Source of the DNA: an uncultured Bacillota bacterium
GTDB taxonomy: Bacteria; Bacillota_I; Bacilli_A; RFN20; CAG-826
Direction: 5' to 3'
Length of the DNA: 64,000 nucleotides
NCBI GenBank assembly: GCA_937876465.1
Contig: CALEHV010000023.1
Location: 6,625-70,624 of the forward strand
Shown: in pieces, positions 8,956 to 16,350 of the stretch
Layout of the letters: each line of letters opens with the position of its first letter
Numbering within the stretch: position 1 is the stretch's first letter
Made by a program: the position numbers and the translations under genes
Notes under the pieces: generated by a model
Seen by the model: only the letters and a program-made list of their open reading frames with translations
Told to the model about the DNA's origin: nothing
The model's database searches: none

Positions 8956-9981
8956 ATGAGTTCTAAAAAAATAATTTCATTAAAAGGATTGATTGTACTT
9001 TTAGTATTAACTGCAATTTGCATAGTACCAATCATATTCTCAACAAAGATCTGGGGAGCAGAATCAATATTCTATGCATTTGCATCAGATAACGAATTCT
9101 TAAAAGTTTGTGTTTGGAAGACACCAGCACTTATTCAAAGCGTCATAATTGTTGTACTTGCTATTGACCTATTCATGCTCATCAAATTGCTTTCAAAGGT
9201 TACATTTAGACACAACAACAAAGCTATGACCATCATGTCATTACTTACATCATTACTTAAATGGGTCATTGTTGTTGTTGCATTCTTCTTAATCCTTGCA
9301 GCATTCGGAGTTGATACTCCTACATTACTTGCAAGTGCAGGCATCTTAACACTTGTTATTGGACTTGGCGCACAATCACTTATTAGTGATATTATCGCAG
9401 GCTTCTTCTTAGTATTTGAAGGCGAATATCAAGTTGGAGATATCATCACTGTTGATGGATGGAGAGGTACAGTTGTTGATATTGGTATCCGTGTTACACG
9501 TTTATTAGACGCTGGTGGAAACATCAAAACAATTAACAATAGTGACGTTAAAAACGTTATTAACCAAACAAACGAATTATCAGTTGCCAAAGTATATATG
9601 GCTATCGACTACGGCGAGAATCTTGAAAAGGCTGAATTAATTGTTAAAGACAATCTTAAAGCAGTTGCTGCAAAGATTCCTGATATTGTTGAAGGACCAT
9701 TCTATAAAGGTGTTTCAGGATTGTCGGATAGCTCAATTGACTTAATGTTCATTGCTAGATGTAAAGAAAAAGATATCTATCAAGTTCAACGTGATTTAAA
9801 TAGAGAGTTATATCTTGTCTTAGTTAAGAACGGAATTGAAATTCCATTCAACCAAGTCACTGTTTCTTACCGTAAGGAAGAGGAAAAAGACTTCACTGTT
9901 AAACAAGAAAAAGCTGCTAAGAAATTCGTAGAACAACAAAAAGAATTAGCTAAAGATATCGGCGAAGAGCAAAATAAATAA
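8956..9981 (+). CDS. MscS-family mechanosensitive ion channel
   Basis: LISDIIAGFFLVFEGEYQVGDIITVDGWRGTVVDIGIRVTRLLDAGGNIKTINNSDV is the MscS pore-helix and beta-domain signature. GGAGG RBS, 17 nt after the upstream stop. Confidence 0.85.
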   Translation: MSSKKIISLKGLIVLLVLTAICIVPIIFSTKIWGAESIFYAFASDNEFLKVCVWKTPALIQSVIIVVLAIDLFMLIKLLSKVTFRHNNKAMTIMSLLTSLLKWVIVVVAFFLILAAFGVDTPTLLASAGILTLVIGLGAQSLISDIIAGFFLVFEGEYQVGDIITVDGWRGTVVDIGIRVTRLLDAGGNIKTINNSDVKNVINQTNELSVAKVYMAIDYGENLEKAELIVKDNLKAVAAKIPDIVEGPFYKGVSGLSDSSIDLMFIARCKEKDIYQVQRDLNRELYLVLVKNGIEIPFNQVTVSYRKEEEKDFTVKQEKAAKKFVEQQKELAKDIGEEQNK

Positions 9982-10042
9982 ATTAAAATAAGGAATCGCC
10001 ATTTTCCTTTAGAAAAAAGGTTCAGAATTATTAAAACCATTA

Positions 10043-10071
10043 TTGTAAACAATAATGAAATAACGTATAAT
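10043..10071 (+). promoter_or_regulatory. near-consensus sigma-70-type promoter TTGTAA-17-TATAAT
   Basis: -35 at 10043-48 and -10 at 10066-71 with an exact 17-nt spacer. Predicted TSS ~10078. Confidence 0.55.
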
Positions 10072-10077
10072 ATAAGT

Positions 10078-10320
10078 AGTTATATGTATTGCCCTACGGG
10101 AAAGATAAATACTTTGGAAAATTGTGTATCTTAGCAATACAACAACCGTAAAAATATAGGTTAACAGTCATATAACTTGGTAGATTGGACGTGTTAGGAT
10201 CTACCAATGTGGAAAGTATCGCCCAGTAGCGATGTGAGTTTTACGAGAAGAGGTCGCAACGTAGACGCTCGTAATTTCAAAAAAATCGCCGCGCTCCACA
10301 CAAATAATAATCTTATTTGA
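10078..10320 (+). ncRNA. candidate structured RNA or long 5' leader of unknown family
   Basis: Locally GC-enriched intergenic DNA with several hairpins: TTGGTAGAT/ATCTACCAA (10177-10207, 9 bp), ATCGC/GCGAT (10218-33), TTACGAG/CTCGTAA (10241-74) and CAAATAA/TTATTTG (10301-19). Alternatively it encodes a 37-codon basic ORF (10207-10320). Confidence 0.35.
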
Positions 10321-10467
10321 ATATGAGGCCATCTCTAGATAGATGAAACACCAGTAACTTTGGTTAATAGAAATATTTTCGGAAAGTTACATAAGTGTTT
10401 TTCTAAGAGATGGTTTTTTTGTTTCTCCTAGTTGAACACATATTGCTTTACAAATAGGAGGAAAAAT

Positions 10468-11412
10468 ATGAGCAATAATTTTGAAATCATCAAGTTTGTT
10501 GATAATGATTTTGAACTTGATGTAAGAGCCGATAAGGCAAATGAAACAGTATGGCTTTCTCAATGGCAAATTTCATTGCTATTTGATAAAAGCCGTGCAA
10601 CGATTACAGAACATATTAACAACATTTTTAAGGAAAATGAACTCGACGAATTTACTTGTGTCGGAATTTCCGACATAAGTGGAAATCATCGCCCAGCCAA
10701 ATTATATAATTTGGATGTTGTAATTTCAGTCGGTTATCGAGTTAAATCTCAAAGAGGAATTATCTTCAGAAGATGGGCAAATCGAATTCTTAAAGACTAT
10801 TTAGTGCAAGGCTATGCAATTAATCAAAAAAGAATGATTGCATTAAACAAAACAATAGAAATACAAAATAAAATGTTAGCCTCAACACTAAATATTGAAG
10901 AAGAAACTTTATGTAATGTTATTGACGAATACACTAAAGCATTGGATTTGCTAGATGATTATGACCATCAGCAACTACATAAACCAACAGGTAGAAAAAC
11001 AATATACAGGCTATCTTATGAGCATTGTAGAAATATTATCAACTCGATGAAATTCAATGAAACATCCAACATATTTGGAGTTGAAAAAGAAACGGGCAAA
11101 TTAGATGGAATTCTTGCAGCTGTATATCAAAACGTGTTCGGGAGAGAAGTCTATCCATCAACAGAAGAAAAAGCATCACACTTGTTATATTTTCTAGTAA
11201 AAGATCATCCGTTTGTTGATGGATGTAAAAGAATAGCGGCTACTTTATTTCTAGAATTCTTAAACAAAAACAATGTATTAATCAAAAATGGGAAATTAAG
11301 TATTTCAAAAGATGCATTGGTAGCTGTAACTCTATTGTGTGCTGAGTCTAAACCGGATGAAATGGATATTATAATCAATTTAATAATGAATATCTTGCTT
11401 ATTAATTGTTAA
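10468..11412 (+). CDS. RhuM-type N-terminal domain fused to a Fic/Doc (death-on-curing-like) domain
   Basis: The N-terminus ETVWLSQWQISLLFDKSRATITEHINNIFKENEL..VISVGYRVKSQRGIIFRRWA matches the RhuM family. The C-terminus VYPSTEEKASHLLYFLVKDHPFVDGCKRIAATLFLEFL is Doc-like (HxFxDxNKR with N->C). AGGAGG RBS before ATG 10468. Confidence 0.8.
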   Translation: MSNNFEIIKFVDNDFELDVRADKANETVWLSQWQISLLFDKSRATITEHINNIFKENELDEFTCVGISDISGNHRPAKLYNLDVVISVGYRVKSQRGIIFRRWANRILKDYLVQGYAINQKRMIALNKTIEIQNKMLASTLNIEEETLCNVIDEYTKALDLLDDYDHQQLHKPTGRKTIYRLSYEHCRNIINSMKFNETSNIFGVEKETGKLDGILAAVYQNVFGREVYPSTEEKASHLLYFLVKDHPFVDGCKRIAATLFLEFLNKNNVLIKNGKLSISKDALVAVTLLCAESKPDEMDIIINLIMNILLINC

Positions 11413-11413
11413 T

Positions 11414-12910
11414 TTACTTCAAAAACTTAACGGAAACCATTGTTATATCATCAAATTGTGGAGCGCCACTAGAAAACTCATCAACTGATTTTTTAACATT
11501 CTCGCAAATGAGCTTTGGATCAGATTCGCTATCTTTAATAGCTTGTAACATATTGTTGGTTCCAAATAATTGATGTTTCTTGTTGTTTGCTTCTGTAACC
11601 CCATCAGTGTAGATAAATACAACATCATCCTTTTCTAATTGGATAGTTTCAGACTCATAGTTGATAGAATCAAACGCTCCTAAGAACATAAAGTTTTTAG
11701 ATTTAACTAAACTAACTTCTCCATTTTTCTTTTTGATAACAAATGGATTATGACCTGCGTTAACATATTCCATTTTTCCGGTATTCAAATCTAAGAAAGC
11801 CATCCAACAAGTAACAAAATAGTTTTTCTCGTTTTGTTCACATAAACTTTCGTTTACATTTATAAATATTTCTGCGGCCGATAAGTCGGTTTTAGCAAAT
11901 ACTCTAATAGATGAAGCGGCCCTCATCATAAACAAGGATGAAGGTACGCCTTTATCACTTACATCAGCAATCAAGAAAGCTATACGATTATCATCTAAGA
12001 AGAAGTAGTCATAGAAATCCCCTCCTACTTCTTTAGCAGGTTTCATACTTGCATATATAGAGAAACGTTTATCGTTAAATGTTTTAGAAGATGGCAACAT
12101 ATTTTGTTGAATAGATGCCGCAACACTTAATTGTTGGCGTTTATCGTTTAATTCTCGATTAAGACCAAAGGCAATTAGTATCAAAGTGACAAGTACAATA
12201 ACCACAATGCAAATAATTGAAGTTATATATATTTGTTCAAGGACTTTGACTTCTAATAAGTCTACGTATCCTCCGAATGTTCTAAAACAAATTGCGACAA
12301 CAATGATAGCAATTAGTTCAACTACAAAAGATACTAAAAGGAGTATCTCAGATTTCTCTAATTTAATGCGTGAATAAATTCTATTTAAACCTATTAATAA
12401 TGGGAATCCCAAGAGTAAACACATTACCGTGTTATTTAAGAAACAGAAGAATGCGAAGGCTAAAGGGTCGCTAAAGTTTAGTACACAAGGCCATATACAT
12501 AAGCCAAATATTAAAGCTGACAAAACCATTGTTCCTGCAAACTTTAATATTTTTGACATTGTGTCTAACTTAAACACATCTTGATCTTTCTTGGTAAATA
12601 ATTTCCATAAGAAATATGGCGCAATACCGTATGCAAATTGAGGAATTAAATATAAAAAACAATATTGAATCTCTGTTCCGGAAATTAAATCTATAAAGAA
12701 GTTACCGATTGTGCATCCAAGTGCACCTGGCCATCCAAAGAACAAACCCAATACAGGGTTCATAGCTCCAGTAGGTCTAATCTCAGTTAAATTAAACACA
12801 GATAAAAAGTTTCTAAATGGCAAAGTTAATAAGAAAAATAAACCTGATACCACAATAGTGATAACAATGTCGCTTAGGATTCTGTTTTTAATAAATCTTT
12901 TCTGGGTCAT
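11414..12910 (-). CDS. membrane-bound PP2C-type serine phosphatase (SpoIIE/RsbU family)
   Basis: ~250-aa polytopic N-terminal domain, then GGDFYDYF..IADVSDKGVPSSLFM..VNAGHNP..IYTDGVTEA..DDITMV. Confidence 0.85.
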   Translation of the reverse strand: MTQKRFIKNRILSDIVITIVVSGLFFLLTLPFRNFLSVFNLTEIRPTGAMNPVLGLFFGWPGALGCTIGNFFIDLISGTEIQYCFLYLIPQFAYGIAPYFLWKLFTKKDQDVFKLDTMSKILKFAGTMVLSALIFGLCIWPCVLNFSDPLAFAFFCFLNNTVMCLLLGFPLLIGLNRIYSRIKLEKSEILLLVSFVVELIAIIVVAICFRTFGGYVDLLEVKVLEQIYITSIICIVVIVLVTLILIAFGLNRELNDKRQQLSVAASIQQNMLPSSKTFNDKRFSIYASMKPAKEVGGDFYDYFFLDDNRIAFLIADVSDKGVPSSLFMMRAASSIRVFAKTDLSAAEIFINVNESLCEQNEKNYFVTCWMAFLDLNTGKMEYVNAGHNPFVIKKKNGEVSLVKSKNFMFLGAFDSINYESETIQLEKDDVVFIYTDGVTEANNKKHQLFGTNNMLQAIKDSESDPKLICENVKKSVDEFSSGAPQFDDITMVSVKFLK

Positions 12911-13311
12911 AAGTTTTTAATTACGGTAATTTCATTTATGTTTCCGTTTCGTTTATACAAGACTTGATCACTCAGTTGTTTTACAAGATAAATGCCGAGT
13001 CCTCCGATTGGTTTATCTTCTAAAGAAGCATTTATATCAGGATCTTTCTTTTCTAATGGATTAAAGGCCGTTCCTTGGTCTTTATAGACAATCATTAAAG
13101 AATTATCCATCTTCCCAATTTCGATTGTATATAGGGCTTTTTCTTTAACTCCCCCATACTTAACTACATTAGTAAACAGTTCCTCGGTTATGAGTTGAGT
13201 TTGCTTAATGTGTTTTTTGTCCAAACCAAAAGATAGCAAACTTGACTCAATAAAAAGAGCAATGTTTTCTAATTCGTTAATATTGCATGGAAAGTTTTTA
13301 GTTATTTTCAT
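12907..13311 (-). CDS. anti-sigma-type serine protein kinase (RsbW/SpoIIAB-like HATPase)
   Basis: N-box EELFTNVVKYGG, G1 DQGTAFNP, G2 IGGLGIYLV. Its start overlaps the STAS stop by 4 nt and its stop overlaps the phosphatase start by 4 nt. Confidence 0.8.
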   Translation of the reverse strand: MKITKNFPCNINELENIALFIESSLLSFGLDKKHIKQTQLITEELFTNVVKYGGVKEKALYTIEIGKMDNSLMIVYKDQGTAFNPLEKKDPDINASLEDKPIGGLGIYLVKQLSDQVLYKRNGNINEITVIKNL

Positions 13312-13613
13312 TCAATTGTTTCGATATTTAGTACGTAAGCAAAACCAGTCATCTCAAAGATTTCCATAAGGTCGTAGTGAACATTAATTAAGTTCATTGT
13401 TCCTTGCTTACTCATAATTTTTTGTGCAGTTAAAATAGCACGTAGACCTGCACTAGAAATATATTCTAAGTTAGCAAGATCTAAAATTAGGTGCGTTGTA
13501 TCGCCAATATTATCAACAAGATACTTTTCAAATTCTGGTGCAGTTGTTGCGTCAACTCTTCCAGAAACAGTGATAGTTAAACTTTCTTTATCGTTATGTT
13601 TTTCAATATTCAT
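13308..13613 (-). CDS. STAS-domain anti-anti-sigma factor (RsbV/SpoIIAA-like)
   Basis: 101 aa. LDLANLEYISSAGLRAIL carries the conserved phosphorylatable Ser. AGAGGA RBS. Confidence 0.85.
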   Translation of the reverse strand: MNIEKHNDKESLTITVSGRVDATTAPEFEKYLVDNIGDTTHLILDLANLEYISSAGLRAILTAQKIMSKQGTMNLINVHYDLMEIFEMTGFAYVLNIETIE

Positions 13614-13760
13614 TTCTAATCCTCTTTATAATTTTAAATTAAGATACTTTCGGATACAATTGGAGAGATTTAATAACTGATTCTCCGCTTGCATCATAGA
13701 ATTTTTCAATGACAGCTGTTCCAGTTTCTTAATCGTAAATATATTTGAAATAAAAACCAC

Positions 13761-13789
13761 TTGCCAGCATTACCTATCTTTAATAAAAT
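13761..13789 (+). promoter_or_regulatory. promoter TTGCCA-17-TAAAAT giving a leaderless mRNA
   Basis: The -10 ends at 13789 and ATG is at 13796, so the predicted TSS falls on or next to the start codon. No SD. Confidence 0.5.
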
Positions 13790-13795
13790 TAAACT

Positions 13796-14467
13796 ATGGA
13801 AAAATTATCAAACAATAAACACATCTCATTATTATTTAGTGTTCTCCTTTTCGGTGGCTTATGGGGTCTTATTGAAGCCACACTTGGATCAATTTTACAT
13901 ATTGGATTCATTGCTGATACATTAGGATTATTTGCTTCAAGTACTGTAGTTATGCTTCCTATTGCATATTTCTTCTTAGGAAGTTGCTATAGAAAGACTG
14001 GTACTTATCGTTCAATGCTTTATATGGGCTTATTTGCTGCAGGTATTAAAGCAATTAGCTGTGCCATCTTTGCACAATCATTCAATCCTTGTATCTATAT
14101 CGGTTTAGAAGCATTAGTTATGACTGGTGCAATGCTTGTTATGAAACCAACAAAAGTTATTTCTTATAAGTCCTTTGCTACATTTGCAATTTTCTCAACA
14201 GTTTATCTTGCAGGATTCGTTGCAATTAATGCTTTAGTAAAAGGCGTTGAAGGATATAACTGGACAAATCAATTACAAAAATATGTTGTTACATCAAACG
14301 GCTTAGCAATTCTTTATGCATTAGTTGCAGGATTCGTTATTCATGGATTTGTTAAATTATCAGAAAAACATTCATGGAATATGGATGGAGTTAAGAAAGT
14401 AATTTATCATCCTGCTACTGCTGGAGTTGTTGCTTGCTTAGCAGTTGTTGCAACTATCTTACTTTAA
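13796..14467 (+). CDS. polytopic membrane protein (~6 TM), hypothetical
   Basis: 223-aa ORF, hydrophobic throughout. No family recognised. Confidence 0.6.
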   Translation: MEKLSNNKHISLLFSVLLFGGLWGLIEATLGSILHIGFIADTLGLFASSTVVMLPIAYFFLGSCYRKTGTYRSMLYMGLFAAGIKAISCAIFAQSFNPCIYIGLEALVMTGAMLVMKPTKVISYKSFATFAIFSTVYLAGFVAINALVKGVEGYNWTNQLQKYVVTSNGLAILYALVAGFVIHGFVKLSEKHSWNMDGVKKVIYHPATAGVVACLAVVATILL

Positions 14468-14485
14468 TTAAAAATTAAATTAATT

Positions 14486-14510
14486 AGTCCACTTCGGTGG
14501 ACTTTTAATT
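14486..14510 (+). terminator. rho-independent terminator
   Basis: AGTCCAC-TTCG-GTGGACT followed by TTTTAATTT. Confidence 0.8.
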
Positions 14511-14668
14511 TGTTATTAACAAATTATTGATTAAGCCTACAATTCAAATAACGCGAAATTATATTCTCAGAGTTAAGAAGAATAGCGATGTTAAACCTAT
14601 ATTAACGTATGAGGAAGATCCTAACTTTGTGAATTAAATTAAAACTTTAATAAAGTTATAGAAATCTT

Positions 14669-14674
14669 TACAAT
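14669..14674 (+). promoter_or_regulatory. -10 box TACAAT placed for a leaderless surE mRNA
   Basis: The hexamer ends 6 nt before ATG 14681. No SD. Confidence 0.35.
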
Positions 14675-14680
14675 TTAAAC

Positions 14681-15391
14681 ATGAATATTTTATTAGTTAA
14701 CGATGACGGTTATGCTGCAGAAGGCATTAACCTCTTAAAGAGAAAATTAGATAAATACGGACGTGTTGTTATGGTAGCTCCAGAAGGCGCAATGTCCGCA
14801 AAAAGTGTTTCAATTACTTTTGGAAGAGCACAGAAATTAAGAAAGATTGATACTGATATCTATGCTTTTGATGGTTTACCAACCGATTGTGCTTCTTTTG
14901 GTTTATCTAATTTAAGTAAAGATTTAGGCATTGAATTTGATTTAGTTGTTAGTGGATGTAACCACGGATGGAATATCTGTCACGACGTTATGTATTCCGG
15001 TACTGTAGGCGCATTAACAATGGCGTTAACTTATCACAAGAAAGTAATGGCAATATCTTGTGAAATGAATTTTGATATCGTTGATAAATATTTTGATAAA
15101 GTTTTTGATTATATTCTTATGAATAATCTTTTATCCAACGAATATATTACAAATGTTAATTTCCCTCTTGGAGATGAAGTTAAAGATATAAGAATAGGTA
15201 AGTTGTTTGAAAGAGAGCAGCAAACATTCTACGTGTTAAAAGAAGACGGCTATTACGCGGATAGAATTGTTCAAGAATGCGAAAACGTTCCTGAAGATAC
15301 AGATTTCTATCAAGTAAATCACGGAATAGTATCAATTGTTCCTTTAGCTAAAACGACATTTAACGAAGAAATATACAATAAACTTAAATAA
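14681..15391 (+). CDS. surE: 5'/3'-nucleotidase SurE
   Basis: MNILLVNDDGYAAEGI.. and SGCNHGWNICHDVMYSGTVGA are SurE signatures. Confidence 0.9.
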   Translation: MNILLVNDDGYAAEGINLLKRKLDKYGRVVMVAPEGAMSAKSVSITFGRAQKLRKIDTDIYAFDGLPTDCASFGLSNLSKDLGIEFDLVVSGCNHGWNICHDVMYSGTVGALTMALTYHKKVMAISCEMNFDIVDKYFDKVFDYILMNNLLSNEYITNVNFPLGDEVKDIRIGKLFEREQQTFYVLKEDGYYADRIVQECENVPEDTDFYQVNHGIVSIVPLAKTTFNEEIYNKLK

Positions 15392-15420
15392 GAAAAAAGC
15401 TCCTTATGGAGCTTATTTTT
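15392..15420. terminator. bidirectional terminator between convergent genes
   Basis: AAGCTCC-TTAT-GGAGCTT flanked by an A-run and a T-run. Confidence 0.75.
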
Positions 15421-16233
15421 CTACTCGTAATCCCAACCTTTAAGTTGAATCTTATCCATTCCGATGTTGTAGCATTGGCTACCTTTTGAAGCGTAATAGT
15501 TAAGTCTAATTTCGAAATAAGATAAGTCTGGGATTTCACTTTGAGTTACATAGAATCTAATAAAATTACCGACTTGTGAATGAGTAATAGTTTCAGATTT
15601 TTGAACTTTGTAGTTTGAATAACATGTTCCTGTGGAATTATAGAAGTAATAATGGAATATGTCTTTTGTATCGTCTGCTTTCTTACTTGAGCTAGTAAGT
15701 TGAGAGATATATAAACGAACTTCTAATTTTTTATATGTCTTTAATAAAGGAGATTGAATTCCATAGTATAAGTGAGAGAATTTGAATCCTCCCGCTTCAT
15801 TTTCAAAGAAATCAGAACAATTTTTAACTTTGTTATTTCCTTGAATGTATTCCCAATTATCAGGGAGCGAATCATAGAATGAGAAGTCTGTGTAATCATC
15901 AAGATTTACTCTAGTTGTATTGTGTGGACCAGAGACAGTAGTGTTTCCTATAGGAAGCTTTTGGCCTGACGCCGGAATTGGATCCCCACCTGTTGAGGTA
16001 GTTCCTGTTGAAGAACTAGATGAATGTGATGTTGATCCAGTTGTTGGCGAATGACTTGTAGAACTTCCTGAAGTTGATGAACTAGTGGAACTTTGAGAAG
16101 ACGATCCGCTTGTAGAACTCTGAGAAGTTGTTGTTGCAGAAGTAGAACTGCTTGTTGGATCAACTTGTTTGTTACAACCAGCAGCAAGTGTAGCCAACAT
16201 TAATGGTAAAAGAAATAAGGTTTTGTTTTTCAT
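15421..16233 (-). CDS. lipoprotein with a long Ser/Thr linker, hypothetical
   Basis: Signal peptide plus lipobox LAAGC, a ~55-aa S/T-rich tract, then a ~180-aa unassigned domain. Confidence 0.75.
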   Translation of the reverse strand: MKNKTLFLLPLMLATLAAGCNKQVDPTSSSTSATTTSQSSTSGSSSQSSTSSSTSGSSTSHSPTTGSTSHSSSSSTGTTSTGGDPIPASGQKLPIGNTTVSGPHNTTRVNLDDYTDFSFYDSLPDNWEYIQGNNKVKNCSDFFENEAGGFKFSHLYYGIQSPLLKTYKKLEVRLYISQLTSSSKKADDTKDIFHYYFYNSTGTCYSNYKVQKSETITHSQVGNFIRFYVTQSEIPDLSYFEIRLNYYASKGSQCYNIGMDKIQLKGWDYE

Positions 16234-16350
16234 AGTGAATTAATTGTATCACAACACAAAACAACAATTAAACTTATAAAGTTATATAATAACTGAAATA
16301 AGTGTGCTAAAATCTCTAAAAGTTATATAAATTTTTGAGGTAAAGAGTTT

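Noticed and set aside
10078-10320. Tried to identify the structured intergenic RNA as tmRNA, RNase P RNA, SRP/4.5S RNA, 6S RNA, an M-box or another riboswitch.
   Set aside because: It has no GGGG...CCACCA ends or T-arm (tmRNA). It lacks GAGGAAAGUCC / ACAAAACAUGGCUUA-type motifs (RNase P) and the GGAAGCAGC helix-8 motif (SRP). The short word matches to the M-box (GUUAGG, GCCCA, GACGCU) are not colinear with that fold, and the downstream gene is not a transporter. It remains unassigned.
13621-13795. A 57-codon GTG-initiated minus-strand ORF in the spacer upstream of the STAS gene.
   Set aside because: It has no RBS, a non-ATG start and no recognisable motif. The region is better explained as the divergent promoter spacer.
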